DNA from: Patescibacteria group bacterium
GTDB taxonomy: Bacteria; Patescibacteriota; JACPGU01
DNA length: 64,000 nt
Reading direction: 5' to 3'
NCBI GenBank assembly: GCA_022703645.1
Contig: JAKLDG010000001.1
Coordinates: 274,814 to 338,813 of the forward strand
The position numbers were made by a program, and so were the translations under genes. Below, in pieces: positions 47,874-57,782 of this stretch. How positions within the stretch are numbered: the first letter of the stretch is position 1; each line of letters starts with the position of its first letter. The notes beneath the pieces are model-generated. The model did no database searches and was not told where the DNA came from. It was given only the letters and a program-made list of their open reading frames with translations.

Positions 47874-47885
47874 TTTATATATAAA

Positions 47886-48350
47886 ATGAATACATTATCA
47901 TCACTAAAATCTATTAAAAGTGGAACCTCCAAAAGAAGAGTTGGTAGAGGAGGGGGAAGTGGCAAAGGAAAGACTTCTGGACGAGGACACAAAGGTTACA
48001 AAGCAAGAACCGGCTCAAACTCACGTCTTCGTTACGAAGGTGGTCAGATGCCGATTATTTCACGTATACCAAAACTAAAAGGTTTTAAGGTTGTTAACAC
48101 AAAAAATCTTAAAGTTATTAATGTTGGTGAGATTGCGGAGTATGCGGTTAGCGGAGAAATAACCAAAAAAATCTTGGTAAAAAATGGCATTTTAAGAAAA
48201 GGATTTAATCTTAAAATCTTAGGAGACGGAGAATTAAATGAAAAATTAAATATTGAGGCAGATGCTTTTACGAAAAGCGCCATTGAAAAGATAGAGAAGG
48301 CAGGGGGCAAGGCAATAATAGCTGTTGTTAAGAAAAAAAGAAGAGAGTAA
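47886..48350 (+). CDS. rplO: 50S ribosomal protein L15
   Basis: GSGKGKTSGRGHKG. It follows rpsE after 12 nt, with no rpmD. Confidence 0.9.
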   Translation: MNTLSSLKSIKSGTSKRRVGRGGGSGKGKTSGRGHKGYKARTGSNSRLRYEGGQMPIISRIPKLKGFKVVNTKNLKVINVGEIAEYAVSGEITKKILVKNGILRKGFNLKILGDGELNEKLNIEADAFTKSAIEKIEKAGGKAIIAVVKKKRRE

Positions 48351-48512
48351 AAAATAGTTCTTTAATTTCTAAATTATAAATTATAAGTTCTAATTAGATA
48401 TTATTTTTTTAGACATTTTATTAGAAATTGCAATTTAGTAATTAGAAATTTAAATATTTTTGAAATTGTGATATTATACAGTTAATAAAAATTATTTAGG
48501 GAATAACTCATT

Positions 48513-49814
48513 ATGTGGAACAAAATAGTACAGGCTTTTAAAATTAAGGATCTCAGAAATAGAATTTTATTTACTATTTTACTTTTATTAATGATTCGTA
48601 TTTTATCTCATATACCAATTCCAGGAATTGATGTTGATAAATTACAATTATTTTTTACTAGAAGCAAAGGGCTTGGATTGCTAGATATTTTTTCCGGTGG
48701 CGCGATGAAAAACTTTTCAATTGCCATGATGGGTGTTGGTCCATACATCAATGCGTCTATTATTATGCAGTTGCTGACCCATGTCGTACCTTCTCTTGAG
48801 GCATTACAGAAAGAAGGAGAAGATGGAAGAAAGAAAATCAATCAGTGGACTAGATGGATATCTGTACCATTAGCATTTCTGCAATCTTATGGAATGATAA
48901 TGTTATTACGAAGCCAAGGTCAGGGGTTAGTTGGCGATCTTGGAATCGGTCAATTCCTCTCAGTCATTTTAATTACAGCAACCGGAACAGTACTTCTAAT
49001 GTGGCTAGGAGAACTGATCACAGAAAAGGGGATTGGAAATGGTATTTCGCTTATCATCGCGCTTGGTATTATTGCGGGTATGCCTTCAATCGTTCAAAGC
49101 TTGTGGGTTGCAAATCAGGGGACTGGTGTTAGCGGAATTATTTCAATCGCAGGTCTAATTATATTATCAATTATCGTAATAGTTTCAATTATCTATACAA
49201 ATGAAGGAAATCGTCTGATTCCCGTTTCTTACGCCAGAAGAGTGCAAGGAAATCGGCTTTATGGCGGCGGCGATACGCAATTACCTCTGAAATTAAATAC
49301 TGCCGGAGTGATTCCAATCATTTTTGCGTTGTCTTTTATGATTTTCCCAAATATGATTTCACAGTTTTTATCCAACGCCCGTACTCCTTGGCTTGCGCAT
49401 GCGGCAAAATGGGTAGGTTCAACTTTTAGTATTAGCCCACCGACTATCTGGTATACATTGCTTTACTTCGTTTTGGTGGTCGCTTTTACTTTTTTCTACA
49501 CATCAGTTATTTTTAATCCAAAAGAAATTTCCGAGAATATTCAAAAACAAGGCGGGTTTGTACCAGGGATTCGACCTGGAAATGAAACTTCAAAATATCT
49601 TGGTTTTATAATTTTACGCTTAACATTTTCAGGAGCTTTATTTCTTGGTATCATCGCTGTTTTACCAAATATTGTTGATTTAATTAAATCTGGTCACCAA
49701 TCGGTTGATACGCTGATCGGTGGTACTTCAATTCTAATTATCGTCAGTGTAATTCTTGAAACTTATCGTCAGCTTCAAGCACAGATGATTATGCGAAGCT
49801 ACGAAGATTATTAG
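48513..49814 (+). CDS. secY: Protein translocase subunit SecY
   Basis: 433 aa, multi-TM, operon position. Confidence 0.95.
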   Translation: MWNKIVQAFKIKDLRNRILFTILLLLMIRILSHIPIPGIDVDKLQLFFTRSKGLGLLDIFSGGAMKNFSIAMMGVGPYINASIIMQLLTHVVPSLEALQKEGEDGRKKINQWTRWISVPLAFLQSYGMIMLLRSQGQGLVGDLGIGQFLSVILITATGTVLLMWLGELITEKGIGNGISLIIALGIIAGMPSIVQSLWVANQGTGVSGIISIAGLIILSIIVIVSIIYTNEGNRLIPVSYARRVQGNRLYGGGDTQLPLKLNTAGVIPIIFALSFMIFPNMISQFLSNARTPWLAHAAKWVGSTFSISPPTIWYTLLYFVLVVAFTFFYTSVIFNPKEISENIQKQGGFVPGIRPGNETSKYLGFIILRLTFSGALFLGIIAVLPNIVDLIKSGHQSVDTLIGGTSILIIVSVILETYRQLQAQMIMRSYEDY

Positions 49815-49854
49815 GATAGCTTGTAGCTCTATTAACTTTTTAGGTAGATATTTT

Positions 49855-49880
49855 TAGGGGCGAGCCGTTGGATCGCCCCT
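49855..49880 (+). terminator. REP-like TAGGGGCGAGCC hairpin terminator after secY
   Basis: taggggcgagccgttggatcgcccct. Confidence 0.55.
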
Positions 49881-50004
49881 TTGAATTATCTAAATAAAAA
49901 AGCGATTCTTTCGAGCCATTTATTGTTTTTTTGTTTAATTATTTATATTGATGTGGTAAGATAGATAAGACAATACAAATTAAACTGAAAGAAAGGATTG
50001 TAAA

Positions 50005-50649
50005 ATGCGCAATATAATATTATTTGGTTCACCTGGCGCAGGCAAAAGCACATTAGTTGAGTTATTAACCGAGAAGAATTTGCCATATTCCTTGATAAGT
50101 GTTGGAATGATTTTACGTGACATTAGTAAGGAAGATTCAGAACTTGGCAATAAAGTACGCGAAACAATGGCAAAAGGAGATCTTCTCGATGATTTTTTTA
50201 TTACAGAGTTAGTAAAAAAAGCTTTGCGTGAAGTCGATAAAAGCAAATCAATTATTCTTGATGGATACCCCAGAAGCCTTGGGCAAGTCAATATAGTAGA
50301 TGGGATATTTAAAGAAAATCAAATTGATTTTCCTGTATTAGTTTACGTAAAAATATCGAAGCAAGAAGCAATCGATAGACTCTCTACTCGCAGAGTCTGT
50401 TCGCTCTGCAAAGAAAATTTTCAAGTTTATGAATTGGAAAATGCTGAAAAATGTCCAAAGTGTGGTGGAAAATTAATTCAAAGAGAAGATGATAAGCCTG
50501 AAGCTATTGAAAAACGATTTGAATTGTTTGATATGCAATTCAAAATAATTGAAGAATATTTTAAATCACGCAATCGATTCTTTGAAATCGACGGAACAAT
50601 ACCAAAACCGGAGAGAGTAGAGGAATTAATAAAAATAATTCAAGGTTAA
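50005..50649 (+). CDS. adk: Adenylate kinase
   Basis: GSPGAGKST; Zn-lid CSLCK...CPKCGG. Confidence 0.95.
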   Translation: MRNIILFGSPGAGKSTLVELLTEKNLPYSLISVGMILRDISKEDSELGNKVRETMAKGDLLDDFFITELVKKALREVDKSKSIILDGYPRSLGQVNIVDGIFKENQIDFPVLVYVKISKQEAIDRLSTRRVCSLCKENFQVYELENAEKCPKCGGKLIQREDDKPEAIEKRFELFDMQFKIIEEYFKSRNRFFEIDGTIPKPERVEELIKIIQG

Positions 50650-50711
50650 GGGTTTAGGGTACAAGGTATAGTTAAGTCCATATTCTACTACACCATATAC
50701 CCTAATTCGCT

Positions 50712-51470
50712 ATGATTACTATCAAATCACCCGAAGAAATTACTAAACTTAAACGCGGTGGTTCCATCCTCGCCTCTATTTTGCGTGAGCTGAAGGTCTT
50801 CGTTCTGGAGAATTATCAAAATAGTGATCTAACAACAGCAGATGTAAATGCGAAATCCGATGAATTGATGGCGAAATACGGTGTTTTGCCGGCTTTTCCA
50901 ACAGCTGGTTTTCCAACGGGGCTATGTATCTCAGTTAATGACGAAGTAGTCCATGGAGTGCCAGGCAGTAGAATTCTTAAAGAAGGCGATATAGTTAGTC
51001 TCGATTTAGGTGTGATTTGTGAAAAATTATTTACTGATGCATCGATTAGCTTTATTCTTGGAAAAGGTTCGAAAATCGATACAGATTTAGTTGAAGCGAC
51101 ATATAAATCCCTTATGAAAGGAATTGAGCAGGTTCGTTCCGGGGCAACTATCGGAGATATTGGTTATGCTATTGAAAGGCATGCTTTTGATAATGGATTT
51201 GGGATTGTGCGCGAATATTGCGGGCATGGGGTAGGTTATAGCGTTCATGAACCGCCATCGATCCCGAATTATGGCAAAAAGAATAGCGGAGACATTCTTA
51301 AATCCGGAATGATTCTGGCTATTGAGCCAATGTTGGTAATTGGTGAAGAGGGAGTATTTGTAGATAAAAATAATAAATGGACCGTGAAAACCAAAGATGG
51401 GGGTAACTCCGCGCATTGGGAACACACTGTGGTTGTTACCGATAAAGGTTCAATGATTTTGACGGGTTAG
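50712..51470 (+). CDS. map: Methionine aminopeptidase type I
   Basis: pita-bread fold motifs; HGVGYSVHE. Confidence 0.95.
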   Translation: MITIKSPEEITKLKRGGSILASILRELKVFVLENYQNSDLTTADVNAKSDELMAKYGVLPAFPTAGFPTGLCISVNDEVVHGVPGSRILKEGDIVSLDLGVICEKLFTDASISFILGKGSKIDTDLVEATYKSLMKGIEQVRSGATIGDIGYAIERHAFDNGFGIVREYCGHGVGYSVHEPPSIPNYGKKNSGDILKSGMILAIEPMLVIGEEGVFVDKNNKWTVKTKDGGNSAHWEHTVVVTDKGSMILTG

Positions 51471-51573
51471 TAATATTTTCCTATTGCTTAACAGCAGTAT
51501 ATCTGTTAAAATTAATAAAAGCGGCACGAATTACGCGAATGACACGCGAATGTCGCGAATAATAAGAAACATA

Positions 51574-51837
51574 ATGGGATCCGACGAAAAAAAAGATGTT
51601 ATAAAAGCGGATGGGGAGGTTATTGAGACTTTGCCAAATGCTTTATTCAAAGTGAAATTAGAGAACGGACATGAGATCCTGGGTCATCTGTCCGGTAAAA
51701 TGCGCATGAATTTTATCAAGATTTTACCTGGGGATAGAGTTACACTTGAGATGACACCATACGATTTAACAAAAGGAAGAATCACGTATCGCCTCAAGGC
51801 TGGACAGGTTCGGCCAGGTGAAGAACCGACTGAATAA
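51574..51837 (+). CDS. infA: Translation initiation factor IF-1 with a short C-terminal extension
   Basis: [34 protein letters not shown] at 51574. Confidence 0.9.
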   Translation: MGSDEKKDVIKADGEVIETLPNALFKVKLENGHEILGHLSGKMRMNFIKILPGDRVTLEMTPYDLTKGRITYRLKAGQVRPGEEPTE

Positions 51838-51993
51838 TTGTTCAGAAAAAAAGTACTTGGTTTTTTAGAGATTTTAATATAAAATATAGATATTAAAAAA
51901 GCGTTTCCTTTGTTTAGGAAGGAAGACGGTTTTATTTTTAGTCTGGGAAATGGACAATTAATCAAAAAAGCAAGAAAACAACAAATCAAAATT

Positions 51994-52107
51994 ATGAAGG
52001 TTAGGGCCAGTGTGAAGAAAATTTGTATGAAATGTAAAATAGTCCGCCGAAGAGGCAGGATTAGAGTTATATGTGAGAATCCAAAGCATAAGCAGAGACA
52101 AAAGTAA
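51994..52107 (+). CDS. rpmJ: 50S ribosomal protein L36
   Basis: [27 protein letters not shown], 37 aa. Confidence 0.85.
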   Translation: MKVRASVKKICMKCKIVRRRGRIRVICENPKHKQRQK

Positions 52108-52154
52108 GTAGTAAGTTGTAAGTAAATAAGTAGTAAGTAAGAAATTAAAATAGA

Positions 52155-52270
52155 AGAATAAATCTACACAACAATATATAGTCGGATTTATTCTTAAAAG
52201 GAGAAACTTGCGAAGTGCTTGTAGAGAGATCTTCACCGGAAGAGCTCGCGGAAAGCACCGAGAAAGTTTG
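52155..52270 (+). promoter_or_regulatory. Conserved leader element upstream of rpsM (paralogous to 45025-45110)
   Basis: aataaatctacacaacaatatatagtcggatttattcttaaaaggagaaac... Confidence 0.5.
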
Positions 52271-52275
52271 GACGC

Positions 52276-52659
52276 ATGGTACGAATCGCTGGTGTAAATT
52301 TACCGGATAACAAAAGAATTGAGATTGCTCTCACCTATATTTATGGTGTTGGCAAAAGCGCTTCAACCAAGCTTTTAAATGAATTAAAGATCGACCTAAA
52401 TAAAAGAACAAAAGACTTAACTGATAAAGAAGCGGATACGATCCGAGATAAGGTTGAAAAAGGAATGTTAATAGAAGGTGACCTTCGCAGATCTTTATCT
52501 CAAGATATCAAAAGATTAAAAGAAATTAACTCATATCGAGGCTTGAGACACAAGCTCAGCCTTCCTGTAAGAGGACAGCGAACCAAAACTAATGCTCGAA
52601 CCAAGAGAGGCAAGAGAGTTACAATGGGTAGCGGTAGAGCAAAAGCAGAGAAGAAATAA
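52276..52659 (+). CDS. rpsM: 30S ribosomal protein S13
   Basis: MVRIAGVNLPDNKRIEIALTYIYGVG. Confidence 0.9.
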   Translation: MVRIAGVNLPDNKRIEIALTYIYGVGKSASTKLLNELKIDLNKRTKDLTDKEADTIRDKVEKGMLIEGDLRRSLSQDIKRLKEINSYRGLRHKLSLPVRGQRTKTNARTKRGKRVTMGSGRAKAEKK

Positions 52660-52679
52660 TAACCAAATAAGTTAGAAAA

Positions 52680-53186
52680 ATGGTAAAAGAAGATAAAAAA
52701 GTGAAAAAAGAAGAAAAAATCGAAAAAGTGGAAGAAGTGGTTGAGAAACCTACGTCTGACGCTGTTGTTGATGAAAAAGCAGAAGAAAAGGTTGAAGAAG
52801 GCGCAAAAAAGACCAAGAGGAAGAAAAAGGGCGCGAAAAGCGTCGCTGTTGGTAATGCTTATGTAAAAGCTACTTTTAATAATACTATAGTTACAATTAC
52901 CGACCTACAGGGCAATGTTTTGGCTAGCGGTTCTGCTGGTTCAATGGGTTATTCAGGTTCAAAGAAAAGCACCCCATATGTAGCTGGTTTAATCTCAAAT
53001 GCTGTCGCTACGAAAGTTAAGGGCTTTGGCATGGGAGATATAAATGTATATGTAAATGGTATTGGTTCGGGACGTGAATCAGCTGTCAGAGCTCTTCAAT
53101 CTTCTGGGCTAAATATCACAACCATAAAAGATATTACACCGCTTCCACATAATGGCTGCAAGAGGCCAAGACCACGTAGGGTATAA
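52680..53186 (+). CDS. rpsK: 30S ribosomal protein S11 with a Lys/Glu-rich N-terminal extension
   Basis: S11 core NNTIVTITDLQGNVL. Confidence 0.9.
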   Translation: MVKEDKKVKKEEKIEKVEEVVEKPTSDAVVDEKAEEKVEEGAKKTKRKKKGAKSVAVGNAYVKATFNNTIVTITDLQGNVLASGSAGSMGYSGSKKSTPYVAGLISNAVATKVKGFGMGDINVYVNGIGSGRESAVRALQSSGLNITTIKDITPLPHNGCKRPRPRRV

Positions 53187-53227
53187 GTTATAAGCAAGTA
53201 AGTAATAAGTAAGAAATTAAATAGTAT

Positions 53228-53851
53228 ATGGCGCGAATTACATCACCAATTTGTAGAAAATGTAGAAGAGAAGGAGTAAAGCTTTTCCTAAAGGGAGAGC
53301 GTTGTTTTAGTGCCAAATGCGCTTTTGTACGTAGAAGTTATGCTCCCGGTATGCACGGAGCAAATAGTAGAAGCAGAAATTCACAATATGCCAGCCAATT
53401 AAGGGAAAAACAGAAGGCAAAGATAGTTTATGGCATTTTAGAGAAACAATTCCGCAGATATTATGAGCAGATGAAAAGAAAAGGCGGAACGGAGTCCATG
53501 TTATCACTAATAGAAAAAAGAATCGATAATGTGATTTTCCGAATGGGCTTTGCAGTTTCCCGAAGAGCTGCAAGACAAATGGTTTTACACGGAAAATTTA
53601 CAGTTAATGGTAGAAAATTATCTATTCCATCAGCACAATTAAAACTTGGCGATAAAGTCGCTGTAAAGGGAGCTGAAAAGAATAAGGATTTAAGTAAAAA
53701 TGTAAAAGATAACTTGAAACGCACCACTCCGGTTTCTTGGATAAAAGTAGATGTTGAAGCTTTAACTGGGGAAATTACTTCATTACCAAAGAAAGAGGAT
53801 ATCGGTGAGGATATTAATGAAAAATTGATTATCGAGTACTATTCACGATAA
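53228..53851 (+). CDS. rpsD: 30S ribosomal protein S4
   Basis: MARITSPICRKCRREG. Confidence 0.95.
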   Translation: MARITSPICRKCRREGVKLFLKGERCFSAKCAFVRRSYAPGMHGANSRSRNSQYASQLREKQKAKIVYGILEKQFRRYYEQMKRKGGTESMLSLIEKRIDNVIFRMGFAVSRRAARQMVLHGKFTVNGRKLSIPSAQLKLGDKVAVKGAEKNKDLSKNVKDNLKRTTPVSWIKVDVEALTGEITSLPKKEDIGEDINEKLIIEYYSR

Positions 53852-53930
53852 TAATTAAACAAAAAAGCAAAAAAACAACAAATCAAATTAATTTATAAAT
53901 AAGTATATTTAAAGGGGGAGGGAACAAAAT

Positions 53931-54860
53931 ATGCAAATTGACGAAATAATCTTACCTGAAATAAAAACAATCAAAGAAGAGAAAAACCTTGGAATTTTTA
54001 GTATTGAACCGCTTTGGCCTGGATATGGAATGACAGTCGGCAATTCATTACGCCGCGTCATGCTTTCATCTTTGATTGGTGCGTCTGTTTCTTCTGTTAA
54101 AATCGAAGGTGTTGCGCATGAGTTTTCTACAATTTCTGGAGTGAAAGAAGATGTTTTATCGATAATTTTGAATCTGAAGATGCTTCGGGTAAAAATTCAC
54201 CAAGGTGATAAGCACAAATTAACTTTGAATGTAAAAGGCAGCAAAACCGTTACAGCTGCTGACATCAAGGGCGATGCTGATGTTGAGATTATCAACAAAG
54301 ATCTTTACCTATTCACAACAAATTCTGATAAAGCAAATATCGAAATGGAAATTGAGGTTGAAGTTGGACGCGGTTATGTACCTGCAGAAGAAAAAAAAGA
54401 GAAAAGAGCTATTGGCGAGATTACTGTTGATTCACTATTCGCGCCAATTGAAAAAGTGTCTTATATAGTTGAAAATACTCGCGTTGGACAAGCAACAAAT
54501 TTTGATAAAATCACGTTGCAGATTGTTACAGACGGGACAATTAGTCCAAAACAAGCTATGACTGATGCTGCGAATATATTGGTTGAACAGTTTAGCCTGC
54601 TGGCTGGAAATCGTGAACCAACCAAGATTAAAGAAAAGAAGATCACTGGCATCAAAAAAGATGATAAGAATGAGGACTTGAGCGTCGAAGAAGTAGATTT
54701 CTCTACTCGAACTATCAATGCGTTGCTGAAGAATAATATCAAGACTATCGGTCAATTATCAAAACTAAACAGAGAAGAAATCGGCAGTCTAAGAGGTATG
54801 GGAAGTAAAGCTCAAGAAGAAATTGAAGAGAAGATGAAAGAATTGGGATACTTAGAATAA
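53931..54860 (+). CDS. rpoA: DNA-directed RNA polymerase subunit alpha
   Basis: 309 aa, NTD plus CTD, SD present. Confidence 0.95.
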   Translation: MQIDEIILPEIKTIKEEKNLGIFSIEPLWPGYGMTVGNSLRRVMLSSLIGASVSSVKIEGVAHEFSTISGVKEDVLSIILNLKMLRVKIHQGDKHKLTLNVKGSKTVTAADIKGDADVEIINKDLYLFTTNSDKANIEMEIEVEVGRGYVPAEEKKEKRAIGEITVDSLFAPIEKVSYIVENTRVGQATNFDKITLQIVTDGTISPKQAMTDAANILVEQFSLLAGNREPTKIKEKKITGIKKDDKNEDLSVEEVDFSTRTINALLKNNIKTIGQLSKLNREEIGSLRGMGSKAQEEIEEKMKELGYLE

Positions 54861-54892
54861 GAAAACAATAAAACAAGAAATCAAAAAAACAA

Positions 54893-55243
54893 ATGAAACA
54901 CCTCAATAAAGGACGAACATTAGGTAGAAAACAGGGACCAAAGAAAGCTTTGATGAAAAACTTGGCTAAATCTTTGTTTTTGCATGAAAAGATAGAGACG
55001 ACCCTTGCAAAGGCAAAAGAAATTCGTCCATTTGCAGAAAAATTGATTTCTAGAAGCAGAAATAATGATCTACATTCATACAGAATATTGATGAGAACAT
55101 TAGCTGATAACTTGGTAGTTGATAAATTAGTTAAAGAAATCGGTCCAAAATACAAAACCAGAAATGGCGGGTATACTAGAATAGTAAAGACTGGTCCAAG
55201 GCCGGGTGATAACGCGCAAATGGCGATAATTGAGTTGGTATAA
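54893..55243 (+). CDS. rplQ: 50S ribosomal protein L17
   Basis: MKHLNKGRTLGRK. Confidence 0.9.
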   Translation: MKHLNKGRTLGRKQGPKKALMKNLAKSLFLHEKIETTLAKAKEIRPFAEKLISRSRNNDLHSYRILMRTLADNLVVDKLVKEIGPKYKTRNGGYTRIVKTGPRPGDNAQMAIIELV

Positions 55244-55253
55244 ACTTTTAAAT

Positions 55254-55658
55254 ATGAAAAAGATAGAACAAAAAACCTATGTTATTGATGCAACAGATAA
55301 GATTCTTGGTAGATTAGCTACCAAGATAGCTGATCTTTTGCGTGGTAAAGGAAAAGTATATTTCGTACCAAATGCGGATGTAGGTGATAAGGTTGTCGTG
55401 ATAAATTGCGAAAAGATCAAAGTTACAGGCGGCAAGGAAGAAAAGAAGATTTATTATCATCACACCGGATTCCCAGGTGGAATAAGGGATATATCATACA
55501 AAGCTTTAATGGAAAAAGACCCTACGCAGATTATTAAAAAAGCTGTTTTATCAATGTTACCAAAGAATAAATTACAGAATGGATTTATAAAAAAGCTGAC
55601 GATTATAGTAGGAAATGATTATACTGTTAAAGATGGTGATATAAAGTTAGACGTTTAG
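55254..55658 (+). CDS. rplM: 50S ribosomal protein L13
   Basis: ATG at 55254, MKKIEQKTYVIDA; the ORF track started at an upstream TTG. Confidence 0.9.
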   Translation: MKKIEQKTYVIDATDKILGRLATKIADLLRGKGKVYFVPNADVGDKVVVINCEKIKVTGGKEEKKIYYHHTGFPGGIRDISYKALMEKDPTQIIKKAVLSMLPKNKLQNGFIKKLTIIVGNDYTVKDGDIKLDV

Positions 55659-55722
55659 AAATATTATAAAAATATTTTAAAATATTTCGAAATATTTTCT
55701 TAATATTTTAATCAACAAAACT

Positions 55723-56163
55723 ATGCCAAAAAAAGAAACTTCAACAAAAGAGATTAAAGAGACGAAGAAAGATGAGAAATATTTCTATGGTTTAGGACGC
55801 AGAAAAACTGCCATTGCGAAAGTTCGCCTTTATAGTGGAAATGGTAAAATTACCATAAACGATAAGGACGAAAAAGGATATTTTGGCGGGCTCGAATCTC
55901 TAATTACAAAAATTCAATCTCCGCTGAGCCTGACTGGTCAATTGGGAAAATTTGATATTAAAGCGGTTGTTAACGGCGGTGGAGTTAGCTCTCAAGCCGA
56001 TGCGATATTACTTGGTGTAGCACGTGCTATTATGGCAAAAGATGAAACTCTCAAATCAACTCTTCGAAAAGGAGGATTTCTGACCCGTGATCCAAGAGTT
56101 AAAGAAAGAAAGAAGCCGGGATTACTACGTGCTCGTAAAGCTCCACAGTTCTCTAAGCGTTAA
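55723..56163 (+). CDS. rpsI: 30S ribosomal protein S9
   Basis: GLGRRKTAIAKV...RKAPQFSKR. Confidence 0.95.
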   Translation: MPKKETSTKEIKETKKDEKYFYGLGRRKTAIAKVRLYSGNGKITINDKDEKGYFGGLESLITKIQSPLSLTGQLGKFDIKAVVNGGGVSSQADAILLGVARAIMAKDETLKSTLRKGGFLTRDPRVKERKKPGLLRARKAPQFSKR

Positions 56164-56166
56164 TTT

Positions 56167-56505
56167 ATGTCTTCTACTAGGATAGAACAGGTAAATGAAC
56201 TCATCCAGCAGGAATTAGGAAAAATAATTCTCGAAAATATTGAATTTGAACCCGGAGTTTTAGTTACTATAACTCATGTTTCCACTTCCGATACACTGGA
56301 AAACGCTACAGTTTGGATAAGTATTTTTCCGGAAGGCAAGACAGGGAGCTCTCTAGAAACTTTAAACAAAGAGATAGGCCATCTCCAAAAGTTTTTAAAT
56401 CGAAAATTATTCTTGAAATTTGTCCCAAAGATCGCTTTTAAAGTTGATACTTCGGAAGTTTATGCGAGTGAAATAGAGGAAGTATTTAAGAAAATAGAAG
56501 AGTAG
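56167..56505 (+). CDS. rbfA: Ribosome-binding factor A
   Basis: 112 aa, RIEQVNELIQQELGKII...ITHV. Confidence 0.65.
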   Translation: MSSTRIEQVNELIQQELGKIILENIEFEPGVLVTITHVSTSDTLENATVWISIFPEGKTGSSLETLNKEIGHLQKFLNRKLFLKFVPKIAFKVDTSEVYASEIEEVFKKIEE

Positions 56506-56527
56506 AACACTATTTAAAATAAGATAC

Positions 56528-56556
56528 TTGACACAATTTAAAATTTATGTTATATT
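56528..56556 (+). promoter_or_regulatory. Near-consensus promoter (TTGACA-17-TATATT) driving the GC-rich non-coding unit
   Basis: ttgacacaatttaaaatttatgttatatt. Confidence 0.65.
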
Positions 56557-56563
56557 GTTTTTA

Positions 56564-57553
56564 TTCCCCTGCGTGTGATTTTACCGCAGGGTAGAAAGGA
56601 GCCCTTTTAAAACTGAATAGAAGTATGCCTCACTACTTTGTAGGAGGTACATTATAAATTTAGGAGGAATTGCCTATGCGCACGTTCTGCACAATGGGGC
56701 CCCCGATCGGGGCGAAAGTCAAACACACTATATTGATGACGACTCACATCGGCACCGCCGGCGCGATCGCGGCCACGTAACCGGACGAAACGGGTCCAAT
56801 AAATCTATTTAAAGGTGCACGCGGACGGGCTATTATACGGCTTGCGCGAGGAGATTCCAAAGGCGTAAATAAAAGTATTGCTTCTCGCTAACACCGTTCT
56901 CGCTACGGGCGCCAAATGGCTTACCCGTACCGAACGCACGCGCAAACAGCGGCGGCTTCTTTGACGCACGCGGCACACAGTGCGAAGCCCATGCGGCACT
57001 GTAAAATTACCGGTTCCCGAGTGGACCGGAAGTAGTTGAGCTGCGGGAGAGAGCAAGATTCGGCGCCGCCGTCCTGGCTAATAGTCAGGGTAGCGAGCGA
57101 CGCCGGCGGGCTCTCTCCCGGGATCCGCTGCTGTGAATTCGGCGAGGTGAAAAATGAGGTTAATTCTTTATCAGTCCGAAAATACCAAAGCAGCCGAAAA
57201 GGCTGTCACCGCAAGATAGACCGACGGTGTGAGCGCGGTCGCATCCTTCTAATTTAAACTCGGCAAACAAAGAGGCAGACCCGCCCGATAGGGCACGATG
57301 GGTCATAACCTCGATCAAGCGCCGAGAAAAAAGGAAAAACTGACCCTTATCCGGGTCATGTGCATTCGCCGGTTAAAAGTCCACGTCCCATAAGAGGGAT
57401 ATGGCTATGCCACGAAAGTTGTGGTCTCGGCGAGATAACGCACAAACCAAAAAAGCGCGGTCGTCACCGCGGTATACAAACAGACCGTAGATGGCTTACG
57501 TTAACGCTATCAAATCCAAATCAAGCAGGCCGAGAGGCCTGCTGTTTTATTTT
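56564..57553 (+). ncRNA. Candidate large (~1 kb) GC-rich structured non-coding RNA of unknown class
   Basis: By eye the segment is much more GC-rich (above 50%) than the rest of the window. No ORF exceeds 83 aa in any frame. It has a promoter at its 5' end and two tandem intrinsic terminators at its 3' end. Many local and long-range complementary segments are visible, for example cgggagagag at about 57044 pairing with ctctctcccg at about 57110. Confidence 0.55.
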
Positions 57554-57580
57554 CAACCGTTTTCAAAAACGGTTTTTTTA
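57523..57580 (+). terminator. Tandem intrinsic terminators ending the GC-rich unit
   Basis: aagcaggccgagaggcctgctgtttt then caaccgttttcaaaaacggttttttt. Confidence 0.75.
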
Positions 57581-57782
57581 TTGCTTAAAAATAGATTTGA
57601 GGGTAAAATGAATACAGAATTTCTAATATCTAAATTCTAAATACTAAACAAGCGCAAATCTCAAAATTCAAAAAATAAATTTGAATTTTAGTATTATTTA
57701 GAAATTAGAGTTTGGAATTTAGGATTTTATGTTTTGGTGCAGTTAAAGTTTGGTAGAAAAATATTAATAAATTAGCGGCAAA

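Noticed and set aside
51471-51573. A cagtatatctgtt motif between map and infA that resembles the repeat-core 5' arm (cagtatatctgatgt).
   Set aside because: The partner arm, the ATGT junction and the AATATGG box are all missing. It is part of a local palindrome (ttaacag...ctgttaa) and is probably coincidental.
56564-57553. RNase P RNA, tmRNA or SRP RNA as the identity of the GC-rich unit.
   Set aside because: None of the invariant motifs is present, and the unit is two to three times too long. The missing motifs are P4 GGAAAGUCCGGGC, GGUAAGAGCGCACC, ACAGAACCCGGCUUA, a tRNA-like GGUUCGAAUCC T-arm and SRP domain IV. The partial matches are short and at the wrong spacing.
57036-57611. ORFs 57036..57257, 57360..57611 and 56805..57056(-) inside the GC-rich unit.
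   Set aside because: They are short and overlap in different frames. They have no RBS and their composition is atypical. Such open stretches are expected in GC-rich sequence. The 34-codon ORF at 56676 with a real SD is the only one retained as an alternative.
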